A stretch of DNA of 31,862 nt from positions 1 to 31,862 of the IMG/VR virus record IMGVR_UViG_3300031951_000777. One strand, given 5' to 3'. The notes beneath the pieces were generated by a model, which did not search any database, was not told where the DNA came from, and saw only the letters and a list, made by a program, of their open reading frames with translations. The translations under genes were made by a program, and so were the position numbers. Of the stretch, positions 15,407 to 24,243 are shown one piece after another (the stretch's first letter is position 1; the number at the start of each line of letters is the position of its first letter). The stretch is from a virus (taxonomy: Duplodnaviria; Caudoviricetes).

Positions 15407-16080
15407 CCGCTGAAGGCTCCGATGCCCGGGTAGCTGCCAAATGGCAGCTCAGCCGTAGCGCCAAAGTGCGCTTTGCAGTCAGTCAGTGTCTTGAGGCATG
15501 TCGGCAGCCCGCCGCTGTAGCCGCACTCAGTGGACTTGTACACCCACTGGCAGATATTGGCGATGCACTGCCGCTTGGGTGCGCTAACACCAGCAAGGTC
15601 AAACGCTGCCGCAAGCTCGAACTCCACCACCTCGCGGTTTTCGATGGTTTTGCGGTCGAGGTAGTAGATCTCGCGCGGAAACTCCGCCGTTGGGTCTGGG
15701 CTGTAGGGGCTAACACCGCCGGGAAAGTTGACCGCGTCGATGTAGCGGGCCAGCGTGCGGATGCGGGTGAACTTGGCACCCTCCAGTCCATCCGGCAGCG
15801 TCAGCAGCAGTGCCGTGATGGTGCTGAGGATGTTGCTCACGCGAATCTTTGGACGCGGCAGTTGACCGTTGCCGCTGTATTCAAAGCCATCAGCCTCGAC
15901 TGGAAAGCGCTGGTAGCTGTTGCCATTCCACACCACCTCGCCATTGTTGTTGAGACTAGTGCCAGCGTGAAAGCGGTAGATATCAGTCGTGCCGTGTTGG
16001 GCAGTGTTTAGCTCCAGCTCAAATAGCTCAATGACAGCGCTGGGCGCTACTTCCTGTAGGGCTGAGACGGGTACGGTCAT
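15403..16080 (-). CDS. L: Minor tail protein L (lambda-like)
   Basis: [30 protein letters not shown] and a C-terminal Cys cluster as in the Fe-S domain of gpL. Confidence 0.92.
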   Translation of the reverse strand: MTVPVSALQEVAPSAVIELFELELNTAQHGTTDIYRFHAGTSLNNNGEVVWNGNSYQRFPVEADGFEYSGNGQLPRPKIRVSNILSTITALLLTLPDGLEGAKFTRIRTLARYIDAVNFPGGVSPYSPDPTAEFPREIYYLDRKTIENREVVEFELAAAFDLAGVSAPKRQCIANICQWVYKSTECGYSGGLPTCLKTLTDCKAHFGATAELPFGSYPGIGAFSG

Positions 16081-16418
16081 GGCTCAAATACTTGCCGAAA
16101 TGTTGCCGTGATCGTTGCGCGTCCGGTGTACGGGATTGTCTTCTGCCATGTTTCGCACACCCACTTAGCAGACGATTCGCCCGGTGGTGTCCAGTCAAAA
16201 CTGGCGCCATCGGCAGCGCGGGCGTCCAAGAATGTCTCGATGGTATCGCTGTTGGCTTCTGTGATGTTTTGCCAAGTCAGATCCCACGTCTTTGGGTTTT
16301 GGTTCAGGCCAAACGTGATCCGCTGTTCGTAGCCATCGCCAAACTGCGTCTTGCGCACCTTGGGCGCTGATGATTTATTGGCGCCATAGGCAGGCGTGAT
16401 TGCAGGGAATGTAGCCAT
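16077..16418 (-). CDS. M: Minor tail protein M (distal tail)
   Basis: FGDGYEQR...GLN, FLDAR...[16 protein letters not shown]. Confidence 0.92.
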   Translation of the reverse strand: MATFPAITPAYGANKSSAPKVRKTQFGDGYEQRITFGLNQNPKTWDLTWQNITEANSDTIETFLDARAADGASFDWTPPGESSAKWVCETWQKTIPYTGRATITATFRQVFEP

Positions 16419-18487
16419 TACGCGAGGATGCCTCCGGGTCGCCTCTGCTTAATCAATTCTGCCTGCACCGCAGCAGCAATGACACGGCCAAGCGCCTGTC
16501 CTTCGGGCTGGTTGCCTTGCACGTTGGTGCCTCCTGCATCGACGTTGACCACGATATTGGCACCACCACCAAAGCTGCCAGCGCGGGCAATGCCGCCGCT
16601 GCGCCCTGGCATGAATAGCTCCGGTCCACGCTCGCCCACGAGGTATGGCTGCCCTGCCATAACGCTGCCGCCTTGGGCACGCTGTGGGATGCCGAAGTTG
16701 GGGCCGAGCGTGCCAAATTTGCCGACCATGCCACCGCCTGCACCTAGTGGTGTTGCGGCGCTGAATGGTGTTAGCACGCCTTTTAATGCATTAATTGCCT
16801 GCTCAATCACAAAGATCTGCAGCAGTTGCTTTGCGATGTCGATCAGTACGCCAGATGCAATCCGCTTGAGGCTTGCGCCAAATGCCTCGGATCCAGCAAT
16901 CAGCGCATCAAATGCACCGCCAATGCCTTGACCAAGAGTATTAGAGATACCATCTGCAAGCTTGAGCTGATTCTGGGCTGCTGTGTTTAGCTCGTACTGC
17001 TGCTCGATGTGCTTTTGCAGTGCATTGAATCTGTCCTGATCAGCCCTTGCTTGCAGCTCGTTTAGATCGCGCTGCACTTCGCGCTGGTTGGCAACTAGCG
17101 CAGTTTGCTGTTCAAAGATAATTGCCTTTTTAGCCTGTTCGTTTGTTTCCTTGACCAACTGTTCGGCGTATTGATATTGCAGATCAAGCTCACGTTGCTG
17201 ACCTTGCAAACGCGCAACGAGCATCGGATCTCGCGCTGCTTCTGCTGCCGCAATCTTGTCCTGCAGCTCGGACTTAGCGCGAATCAAACCAGTCTCAGCA
17301 ATCCGTGCCCGGATGACTTCAGCAACGCGCTCGGCTTCTTTCTTGGCGGCTTCTGCGGCGCGTTCTGCTTCGCGCTTTGCTTTGTCGGCTGCTTTTTCAG
17401 CGTCGGATTTGCCCTTGCGGCTGCCGCTGTCCCCCCCAAGCAATTCCGGCACCCCACGTGATCCTTGGGGTGCAGTGACTTGCGGCTTGACTTGTCCAGT
17501 GCTGATGCCAAACGATTCGATTAGATCACGTTCGCGTTGCGCAGCAAGCTGCTGAAATTGTCGATTGCGCTCGAATGGATCTTTGATTCGGCGCATGTTG
17601 ACAATTCGCTCTGCTTCGCTTTGCGCTTGACGCAGCACTTGCTGACGCTGCGCTTGCCCCATGCCGAATGATTTAGCCCTAGCGCCAGTTGCGATTAGCT
17701 GATTGATTGTATTAAGCGCAAATATAGCTTCATTCAGCACTGCCTTAATTGCTGGAGTTAGCGCGGATCCAACGGTTCGCGCCAATGACTCAATGCCATC
17801 TTGCAGCGTGCTAAATCGCCCATTTAGCGTGTCGCTTTGAGCGATAGCGCCGTTAGCATATTTGCCACCTGTATCTGTTAGCCGTTGCAGCGCAACTTCA
17901 ACGGCTTCTGCGCTGATCTGTCCTTTACTCAACGCCTTGCTAAATTCCTCACCGGTGAGCCCATACATCTTGCGCAGCTCATCCTGCAGCGCAACACCAC
18001 GCTCTTGGAACTGCAGCAGCTCCTCGCCTTGCAGTCTGCCCTTAGCGATGACTTGACCGTAGGCAAGGGTCAGCTCGCCTAGGTTGGCGCCAGTTGCTCC
18101 GGCAACATCGCCAAGCCGACGGGTGGTTTCTGCCACGTCTTTGGCGCTAACACCAAAAGCCGTCAAGCGCTTAGCGCTTTCGATTAGCTCGGTGCCTGTG
18201 AATGGCGTTGCTGCTCCAAGTTGCTGCAGCTCTTGGATGATTTGCTTTGCTTGCTGAACGCTGCCGGTCAGCGTTTGAATGCTTCTGGTTTGAGATTCAA
18301 GCTCTGCAGTTTTGGCGAATACGAACTTGGCTGCTTGAATCGTGCCAAATCCTGCCGCTAGCCCGGCGACTGCATTGCGCAGAGTGCCGATGCCAGCTGT
18401 AGCCGCCTTTGACGCTGCGTTGACTTGCTGAAGATTGCGTACAGCACCTTGGCTGTTTACCTGTACGTCAACAACAGCAACAGCCAC
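16418..18487 (-). CDS. H: Tape measure protein, 689 aa
   Basis: Helical and Ala-rich; TPF...YGQVIAKGRLQGEELLQFQERG tape-measure motif; GGSV...YLVGERGPELF C-terminus; GTG start with GGAGG. Confidence 0.92.
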   Translation of the reverse strand: MAVAVVDVQVNSQGAVRNLQQVNAASKAATAGIGTLRNAVAGLAAGFGTIQAAKFVFAKTAELESQTRSIQTLTGSVQQAKQIIQELQQLGAATPFTGTELIESAKRLTAFGVSAKDVAETTRRLGDVAGATGANLGELTLAYGQVIAKGRLQGEELLQFQERGVALQDELRKMYGLTGEEFSKALSKGQISAEAVEVALQRLTDTGGKYANGAIAQSDTLNGRFSTLQDGIESLARTVGSALTPAIKAVLNEAIFALNTINQLIATGARAKSFGMGQAQRQQVLRQAQSEAERIVNMRRIKDPFERNRQFQQLAAQRERDLIESFGISTGQVKPQVTAPQGSRGVPELLGGDSGSRKGKSDAEKAADKAKREAERAAEAAKKEAERVAEVIRARIAETGLIRAKSELQDKIAAAEAARDPMLVARLQGQQRELDLQYQYAEQLVKETNEQAKKAIIFEQQTALVANQREVQRDLNELQARADQDRFNALQKHIEQQYELNTAAQNQLKLADGISNTLGQGIGGAFDALIAGSEAFGASLKRIASGVLIDIAKQLLQIFVIEQAINALKGVLTPFSAATPLGAGGGMVGKFGTLGPNFGIPQRAQGGSVMAGQPYLVGERGPELFMPGRSGGIARAGSFGGGANIVVNVDAGGTNVQGNQPEGQALGRVIAAAVQAELIKQRRPGGILA

Positions 18488-18509
18488 AGCGGCACCTCCC
18501 TATGTGATC

Positions 18510-18515
18510 AGTCTA
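18510..18515 (-). promoter_or_regulatory. Putative -10 element TAGACT
   Basis: Begins at the GT TAG stop; 22 nt upstream of the tape-measure GTG. Confidence 0.45.
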
Positions 18516-18689
18516 CCGGTGCCGCGCCTTGTCTATCTCTATCTTTTCGCGCTTGCCCTTGACCTCATAGTAGGCTGCAAAATGTATGAACTCAGCATCA
18601 GTCAGCTCAGTGCGCAACCGGCTAACTGTCATGCCAAGTTCAGTTGCCAGGAAGAACTCAAAGAATAGCCAGGAGTCTTCCTCTAGTCG
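18513..18689 (-). CDS. T: T portion of tail assembly chaperone GT (reached by -1 frameshift)
   Basis: The -1 frame after the slippery site reads RLEEDSWLFFEFFLATELGMTVSRLRTELTDAEFIHFAAYYEVKGKREKIEIDKARHR* and fills the gap before the tape measure. Confidence 0.85.
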   Translation of the reverse strand, partial: RLEEDSWLFFEFFLATELGMTVSRLRTELTDAEFIHFAAYYEVKGKREKIEIDKARHR

Positions 18690-19042
18690 TTTTTTGCTTC
18701 TTCAATGTTGGCTTCACCGCCAAGGCCAAACAGGAATAGCTCTAGTTCGTTCAGTACACGCTCAGGCAGCTCTCGTTGCAGCTTGGCAGCATCAGCAGCG
18801 GCGAATGCCTTGGTGCCATTTTCAAGCTCTGCCATCTGGCACAGCATCTGCGTGCTGATCTCTAGCGCCTCATCAGAACCGGCAAGCGTAGTTGCCTTCT
18901 TGCGATCAGCACGGGTAATGGGCTTGAAATACAGATCCAGCACCGCATCGCCAGCGTCATTGGTGACGCTGAATTTACGGCGCTGGTTCAGATCAAAAGC
19001 ACCCGTGAGTAGATCAACCGGGCGCTGTGTGTTGGCAGGCAT
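18683..19042 (-). CDS. G: Tail assembly chaperone G
   Basis: 119 aa between tail tube and tape measure, ending EEAKND* at a slippery sequence. Confidence 0.85.
   Translation of the reverse strand: MPANTQRPVDLLTGAFDLNQRRKFSVTNDAGDAVLDLYFKPITRADRKKATTLAGSDEALEISTQMLCQMAELENGTKAFAAADAAKLQRELPERVLNELELFLFGLGGEANIEEAKND
18689..18695 (-). other. Programmed -1 ribosomal frameshift site A AAA AAC
   Basis: GCA AAA AAC GAC TAG: an in-frame X XXY YYZ heptamer one codon before the G stop. Confidence 0.88.
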
Positions 19043-19461
19043 CAGATGCTAAGTGTGAGAGTACCGCTTGAGACGAAGTTAATCGTCACAATCTCGATCT
19101 CGCCAACCGTAGCACCGTATTCAGTGCTCGTCACCACAATGGTGCCCGTGATCTTCTTGCCGCCGGTCTCATCCAGATACAGCTCAACGGCTGCATCGGC
19201 TTCATCAGTGGCTTGGTTAGCGTCCTTGATCAGATCCAGCTTGTCGCCAGATCCAGGCGCGTCGTACATCACCTCAATGGTGCCAGAACCGCTGATTAAG
19301 CCGCCCACGTTGGCGCGATAGGTAGCGCCATGAGAGGTTGCGTCGTACGACTCCTTTTCAACAGTCATACTCCAAGACCGCACTGCTGCGATCTCGGAAA
19401 GACCACCACTGCCAGCCTTATCAAAGAAGACCGTGCCTTGTTGCCCGCGATAGAAAGCCAT
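19042..19461 (-). CDS. Tail tube protein, paralog 2
   Basis: MAFYRGQQG...RSWSMTVEKES.D.T..GATYRANVGGLISGSGT; located just before G. Confidence 0.8.
   Translation of the reverse strand: MAFYRGQQGTVFFDKAGSGGLSEIAAVRSWSMTVEKESYDATSHGATYRANVGGLISGSGTIEVMYDAPGSGDKLDLIKDANQATDEADAAVELYLDETGGKKITGTIVVTSTEYGATVGEIEIVTINFVSSGTLTLSI
19289..19320. repeat. 32-bp exact direct repeat, copy 1
   Basis: CCGCTGATTAAGCCGCCCACGTTGGCGCGATA, identical to 19711-19742. Confidence 0.95.
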
Positions 19462-19463
19462 GA

Positions 19464-19880
19464 TCAGATGTCCAGCGAAATGGTTCCGTTGGTCACGAAG
19501 TTCAAAGTAATGACTTCGATCTCGCCTACGGTGGCAGAATACTCAGCCGAAGTGATCACGCCGTCAAAGCTAATCTTCTTGGTGCCGCTGGTATCAAGGT
19601 ACAGCTCAAACAGAGCCTCACCAGCATCGTTAGCAGTGTTGATGTGCTCGATGAAGACGTTAGTCTCATCGGCGCTGCTTGCGGTGTAAAGGATCTCGCA
19701 AGTGCCGCTGCCGCTGATTAAGCCGCCCACGTTGGCGCGATATGTAGCGCCTAGCGCCGTGGTGTCGAGCGATTCTTTCTCGACAGTCAGCGACCACGAG
19801 CGGGTGCTAGTGATGGTTGCTGCAGTAGTGCCAGCATCGTCAAACTTGACGCTGCCTTGCTGCCCTCGGTAAAAAGCCAT
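19464..19880 (-). CDS. Tail tube protein, paralog 1
   Basis: Same motifs as paralog 2 and colinear over the full length. Confidence 0.8.
   Translation of the reverse strand: MAFYRGQQGSVKFDDAGTTAATITSTRSWSLTVEKESLDTTALGATYRANVGGLISGSGTCEILYTASSADETNVFIEHINTANDAGEALFELYLDTSGTKKISFDGVITSAEYSATVGEIEVITLNFVTNGTISLDI
19711..19742. repeat. 32-bp exact direct repeat, copy 2
   Basis: Identical to 19289-19320; after one mismatch, 8 further bases (GTAGCGCC) also match. Confidence 0.95.
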
Positions 19881-19882
19881 GG

Positions 19883-20308
19883 CTAGAGATCCTCGAAGGT
19901 TTCAAAGGTCATTCTGACCTGAGTTTGGAAGTAACCCTCAGGAGCTGGCGCAGCCACCACCTCTGGGCCAGTTGGCGGGTCAAAATGAACACCGCTCACT
20001 ATGACCCTATTGTAAAGGTCACGAATGCGTTTGCCGATCGTGTAGTTAGCGCCAGATCCTACGCCTACTGCAGTAAAGATATTGACCACGATCACGCCAA
20101 TCACGCTATTGCTGCTGCCCGTGCTGCCACCCATCGTGAGAAAGTTGTTGTTGCCAAAACTCACTAGGCATTGCACCCACGAGCTACCGGGCGTTGGCAT
20201 GTAGGGCTGATTATGAAATACCACCGGCAGAACTGGCGCTTGCGTTAGCTCAGCCGCCAGCCGTGACTCAATGGTTGCGCGTATGGTGTTCAGGTTGACG
20301 GCTGCCAT
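19883..20308 (-). CDS. Tail terminator-like protein
   Basis: 141 aa immediately before the tail tube genes; IRATIESRL...HNQPY.P...WV...G.I.VNIF...G.G pattern. Confidence 0.7.
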   Translation of the reverse strand: MAAVNLNTIRATIESRLAAELTQAPVLPVVFHNQPYMPTPGSSWVQCLVSFGNNNFLTMGGSTGSSNSVIGVIVVNIFTAVGVGSGANYTIGKRIRDLYNRVIVSGVHFDPPTGPEVVAAPAPEGYFQTQVRMTFETFEDL

Positions 20309-20709
20309 TAGTCTTGCCTCGCAATACGGCTAGCTTGCTGCTGCGCCCAGTTGGTCATCTCGCGGGCGATCACATCAGTCCAGCCTGCAGGAGCCTGGAT
20401 GCTATGCCCATTCGCCAATGGCTCCGCGTATGGCAGGTTGTTGTGGATGTGATAAACATTGCCTGCCCGTTCCACTTGGTAGTCAAGTCGGCGTGGTGGC
20501 GTAATGCCGCTAGGGCTGGCTTGCGGTCCAGCGTCGTAGCCAGGTGTGCCTTGCTCGCTGATTGCCCAACTCAGCCGGAATCGGCCAGTGTCAACCGGGC
20601 TGGCTTGCTTCAACCTGCTATCAGTCTCCAGCACCGTTACACGCAGTAGCTGTTCGTACTTCTCAGTGGAGTAGTTGCCGATATCAGCTAGGTTGATGCG
20701 GCGTGCCAT
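20308..20709 (-). CDS. HK97 gp10-like tail completion/neck protein
   Basis: SPVDTGRFRLSW...NNLPYAEPLANGHSIQAPAGW. Confidence 0.8.
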   Translation of the reverse strand: MARRINLADIGNYSTEKYEQLLRVTVLETDSRLKQASPVDTGRFRLSWAISEQGTPGYDAGPQASPSGITPPRRLDYQVERAGNVYHIHNNLPYAEPLANGHSIQAPAGWTDVIAREMTNWAQQQASRIARQD

Positions 20710-20711
20710 GG

Positions 20712-21068
20712 CTATGCCCTCAGGATCAGCTCGTAAGTGATTGCCGTGTTGTCCTGTTCAATCGTAATAACGCGGATCACTTGATGCAGCACGCCGCCAA
20801 TAACCACGCGGTCAGTAGTGGTTGGAGCGGTAGCGACATCAGCAGCAGCAATAGCAAGCCGCTTGTCGCCAGCTTGCACTAGCTCGTTGACCTCACGTGC
20901 ATTGACATCTTCCAGTACGCCACGCACTACGGTGTCGGTTTCGACTTGGCTGATGGTGCCTGTCGTTGGGTTGTAGACGCCTGGCGTGACTGTACGGATC
21001 GTCGCCTCACCGCCAAACTTTGCCATCAGTTTGCTGGCAACCTTGCGTAGCGGGCTAGCTAATGCCAT
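20712..21068 (-). CDS. Head closure / head-tail joining protein
   Basis: KFG...YNPTTG...VQAGDKRL...YELILRA; syntenic position. Confidence 0.7.
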   Translation of the reverse strand: MALASPLRKVASKLMAKFGGEATIRTVTPGVYNPTTGTISQVETDTVVRGVLEDVNAREVNELVQAGDKRLAIAAADVATAPTTTDRVVIGGVLHQVIRVITIEQDNTAITYELILRA

Positions 21069-21601
21069 CAGGCAACCTGCACTGCTGTAAGGATAATGCC
21101 AGGGATGGAAGGATGCGCTGGTTCCGATGGCGACGATGGCAAGGATTGAATGCTGGCCGCAACGTTGGTTGTTGACCAGATCAATTCCAAGTAATCGCTA
21201 GCAGCAAGCTTTAGGACGTAATTCACGCAGCCGATGACATGACCGTCAACGCCGCCATGACTGGATATAATGCTGAACCTGCTATCCGATGCTGGTACGT
21301 CACCGCTAGTGCCGCTGTCGTTTTTGCGCACCCAAATATTGACATCGTGAATCGATGTGCTGGTATTTACAAATTGGACCGAATAGGTAATGCTGTAAAC
21401 ACCAGCACGGGAAAATGTAACGCGCGATCCACTGGCAATGCTGATGCCTTGGCTGTCTGGATCTGTTGAGTTAATGCCAACCGAGTATGCCGTATTTGCT
21501 GCTGCAGCAATTTGTTGTGTTGTGTCGTAGAACGACCCCCACAGCATTTGATTGCGGACTGTATCGAGATTGCTCGTGAACGGGTTGAGCTTAAAAGCCA
21601 T
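21068..21601 (-). CDS. Putative head/neck appendage protein with a C1q/BclA-like beta sandwich
   Basis: WGSFYDTTQQ...VTFSRAGVYSITYSVQF...LAASDYLELIW, a TNF/C1q-like strand pattern. Confidence 0.55.
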   Translation of the reverse strand: MAFKLNPFTSNLDTVRNQMLWGSFYDTTQQIAAAANTAYSVGINSTDPDSQGISIASGSRVTFSRAGVYSITYSVQFVNTSTSIHDVNIWVRKNDSGTSGDVPASDSRFSIISSHGGVDGHVIGCVNYVLKLAASDYLELIWSTTNVAASIQSLPSSPSEPAHPSIPGIILTAVQVA

Positions 21602-21604
21602 TAC

Positions 21605-21814
21605 TCAACTCCGTGTCACGGTCATCAGATTATTGTTGCCGTCGTAGGTCATCGTCAGCGTTGCCACGGTTCTGCCGCTAGCACCACCGCGCTTATACGT
21701 TGCGGTCAATAGGTTATTGGCGCCATCGTAGGTGTTGACGATGTAGTCATGCGTCGGGATCTCCAGCCCGTCGCGGCTAACCGCATCACCACCACCAGGA
21801 AGAACGTAAGCCAT
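21605..21814 (-). CDS. Small protein with two YD-like repeats, 69 aa
   Basis: TYDGANNLLT and TYDGNNNLMT; coupled to neighbours. Confidence 0.7.
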   Translation of the reverse strand: MAYVLPGGGDAVSRDGLEIPTHDYIVNTYDGANNLLTATYKRGGASGRTVATLTMTYDGNNNLMTVTRS

Positions 21815-22041
21815 CAGAGCCTGTAAGCGATGACAGTGCCGCTGGTCAGGGTGATGCTGGTAAACACACCCTCGATTTCAGTGCTGGCCTTGAAGGGGAT
21901 AGCGCTCAGCGTGTTGCCGGTCCAGTCTTGCGCGGTCAGGCTGGCAATCACAGAATCCTCAAGCGCAACGATCTTGCCGAAGCGTCCGGCGTGCGCTGCG
22001 GTGTCGTCGATAAACTCAGCGCCGGGGTATGCGTAGCTCAT
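21814..22041 (-). CDS. Hypothetical beta-rich virion protein, 75 aa
   Basis: ATGA/TGATG-coupled on both sides; ends GVFTSITLTSGTVIAY. Confidence 0.7.
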   Translation of the reverse strand: MSYAYPGAEFIDDTAAHAGRFGKIVALEDSVIASLTAQDWTGNTLSAIPFKASTEIEGVFTSITLTSGTVIAYRL

Positions 22042-22601
22042 GATCTGCGGATGGCAAAGTTGCCTGGTCCGCTAATTCTAAGCCCGGTTAGATATCGCTC
22101 CACGATCGGCGGGATCTTGTCAGCGCCCACTGCGCCATAGCCAAGATTAGGCGTCACGTCGATACTGCCGATCTTGACGTTCTTGTAATCCTCCAATCCG
22201 CTCAGGCCAATGCCGTCTGGATTGTTATGCAGATAGACCGCCAACACCACTTGCGCATATTGCACCTGCTGCGGGATCTCAGTCTCGGTGTAGTAATCCG
22301 TTGTGATGCGAAACGGAAACCCGACAGCGTAGGTATTGATGTAGGTGTCAGGCTTGCGCACGCCAGTACGCGGCCACTGCAATGCCTGCGTGTCAGTTGC
22401 GCGAGCGCCTAGAAACCGTTCACGGTCCAATCGCTGGGTAGCGGTAAACAATGCCCGATTCTTCTGGTCTGTGGTCGCTGATGCCCATGCAGTTACATCA
22501 GCATCCTGCACAAAGCCATCAATGATCTCCTGCGCTGCTGCCAGCGTCAGATACGAGTTTGCGCTTGCCGACCCGACGGTGGCTACGATTACGACTGCCA
22601 T
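22038..22601 (-). CDS. Head-tail connector/adaptor (DnaT-like annotated family)
   Basis: ANSYLTLA, ALFTATQRLD, QALQWPR, IP.QV..AQ..LA and VKIGSI motifs. Confidence 0.8.
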   Translation of the reverse strand: MAVVIVATVGSASANSYLTLAAAQEIIDGFVQDADVTAWASATTDQKNRALFTATQRLDRERFLGARATDTQALQWPRTGVRKPDTYINTYAVGFPFRITTDYYTETEIPQQVQYAQVVLAVYLHNNPDGIGLSGLEDYKNVKIGSIDVTPNLGYGAVGADKIPPIVERYLTGLRISGPGNFAIRRS

Positions 22602-22716
22602 CGTTCGGTGGCTCCTGTGTTTCTAGTTTAGGTTCAGGCTCTGCAATAGGAAAAGAGGCCACTGCGTTAGCAGCAGCCTCCAGTTCACGCAGTCGCCGAA
22701 AGGCGAACATGCCCAT
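22519..22716 (-). CDS. Small hypothetical protein
   Basis: MGMFAFRRLRE..., TGATG-coupled to the upstream gene; its 3' end overlaps the connector gene by 83 nt. Confidence 0.6.
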   Translation of the reverse strand: MGMFAFRRLRELEAAANAVASFPIAEPEPKLETQEPPNDGSRNRSHRRVGKRKLVSDAGSSAGDH

Positions 22717-23114
22717 CAGACGCGCTTAAGCAGCACGGTCAGGATCACACCGGCCAGAGCGGTGGTGGTGCCAGTCACATCAAGAGACAGGCGGTTGCCA
22801 GCCTCAAGAGTGAGGTCGCCGTTGGTAGTGGTCAGAGCAGGGGTTTGCTCGGTAAGAGCAGTCCCCTTGAAGTTGATGGTGGTGCTCAGAAGGTCGTCAC
22901 CAGCAGTGGCGGCCTCAGTGCCTTGGCAACGACGAACGGTGCCGGTTACAGCGCCAGCATCGGTGCCAGCAGTGGCGTGAACTTCACGCACTGCAACCAC
23001 TTGACACTTAACGGGAGCAGTCCAAAATTGCACGTCTGCAATAGAGGATGCGCCGTAAAAAGTGGCTTCGAGATACTGCTCGGTGGACAGTTCAAACTGG
23101 GAAGGTTGTGCCAT
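22716..23114 (-). CDS. Putative capsid decoration/cement protein
   Basis: 132 aa, T/A-rich and beta-like, directly after the capsid gene, with a GAGG ribosome-binding site. Confidence 0.55.
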   Translation of the reverse strand: MAQPSQFELSTEQYLEATFYGASSIADVQFWTAPVKCQVVAVREVHATAGTDAGAVTGTVRRCQGTEAATAGDDLLSTTINFKGTALTEQTPALTTTNGDLTLEAGNRLSLDVTGTTTALAGVILTVLLKRV

Positions 23115-23125
23115 GGTTAGTTACC

Positions 23126-24157
23126 TCAATCGAAGTTGGAGGTGTTGGTGGCACGCACGATGCCGAGGTTCTTCAGCTCGTACACCTTCGACCAGTTGCT
23201 CACGGTCTCCAGTTGAGCGCGAGTCGGGTTGGTGGTGGTCACTCCCCACTTAGCGCCGACCGGGTGATAGCAGTAGTGCAGGTCAATCGACATGGCATCG
23301 CTCTTGGCGAGGATGTCACGATCGGTTTCGGTCTGCATTGCCATCTGCTCACCGCTGGCGACAGCGCCTTGAGTGAAGAAGTAGGTGGCATACTCGGTCG
23401 AAGAGCCGCTGCCTTCGGTTTGCACGTCGTCAGACACGATCACACGCAGACCCATGTAGGTAGGAACAGTGGGATTGCCATAGGCACCAGCAATGCTGCC
23501 ACCAACGAAATCAGTCACCGAAGAGGTCAGACGGGCGTCGGTCTCGGTCACATAATCGATAGCCTTGCGCTCAACCAGGTCGTAATAGACCTTGCTGTGC
23601 ATTGCAACGGCAGCGAGCTTGTCACCTTGATCACCCAGCAGGCTGCGGGCTTCAGCAACGTGACGAGGCGACAGGGTGGTAGGGGTATCACCCGATTCGC
23701 CGTCGATGGTCAGGCCAAAGAAAGCAGCAGAGCTGGAGGTGGTGCCGAGTGTGCCGAACACACCGCTTAGGCAGGACAGCAGATCCTTTTGGCGCTGGTT
23801 AGCGATGTAATCAGCGATCTTGGCGCCGATAGCGGCCATCGGGTCAGAACCAGCAGCAAGGGCTGCAAGGTCACGAGCCTCAAAGGCGCGGCCACGGTGC
23901 AGGATCACGCCGACTTGCTTGTCAGCGGTGATTTTGCCGGGGGTCAGGGAGGAGCTATCGGTCAGCACCTCGAAGTCACCGGAAAGATTGGCTTTCCAGA
24001 AGGGGACGTTGATAAAATCACCACCCTCGGTAGCGTTCAACTCCGCCATGGGCTGCACCACGCCGCTAGCCAAGAAGGCATCGCGCTGAGTGGTTTGCTC
24101 AATAACGTACGGAGTAAAAATCTCGGGGATGATGATGTCAGAGCGAAGAGTCGCCAT
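23126..24157 (-). CDS. Major capsid protein
   Basis: 343 aa after the scaffold; T.RSDIIIPEIFTPY, GG.FINVPFW, AGSDPMAAI, MHSKVY, YMGLRVIVSDD, ETDRDIL, HPVG..W, NW.KVY. Confidence 0.93.
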   Translation of the reverse strand: MATLRSDIIIPEIFTPYVIEQTTQRDAFLASGVVQPMAELNATEGGDFINVPFWKANLSGDFEVLTDSSSLTPGKITADKQVGVILHRGRAFEARDLAALAAGSDPMAAIGAKIADYIANQRQKDLLSCLSGVFGTLGTTSSSAAFFGLTIDGESGDTPTTLSPRHVAEARSLLGDQGDKLAAVAMHSKVYYDLVERKAIDYVTETDARLTSSVTDFVGGSIAGAYGNPTVPTYMGLRVIVSDDVQTEGSGSSTEYATYFFTQGAVASGEQMAMQTETDRDILAKSDAMSIDLHYCYHPVGAKWGVTTTNPTRAQLETVSNWSKVYELKNLGIVRATNTSNFD

Positions 24158-24186
24158 GATGAATCACCTGGGATGTTTACGGGTGT

Positions 24187-24218
24187 GGGCGCAGCCCTAG
24201 GCTCAATGCGGCGCAGCC
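24187..24218 (-). promoter_or_regulatory. Two C(UGC)G triloop hairpins in the capsid 5' leader
   Basis: mRNA sense UGGC-UGC-GCCG (24219-24209) and GGGC-UGC-GCCC (24197-24187); GGCTGCGCC occurs twice, 22 nt apart. Confidence 0.6.
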
Positions 24219-24237
24219 ATCACGAGCAGACACTGAA

Positions 24238-24243
24238 ATACTA
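24238..24243 (-). promoter_or_regulatory. Putative -10 element TAGTAT for the capsid gene
   Basis: Begins at the scaffold TAG stop; 80 nt upstream of ATG 24157. Confidence 0.45.

Noticed and set aside
17537-17547. TTGC-GCA-GCAA triloop hairpin inside the tape measure gene
   Set aside because: Mid-gene and unpaired with a weak stem; treated as chance background for the triloop motif.
22038-22601. Literal DnaT primosomal function for the connector gene
   Set aside because: Position between capsid and neck genes indicates a head-tail adaptor despite the family name.
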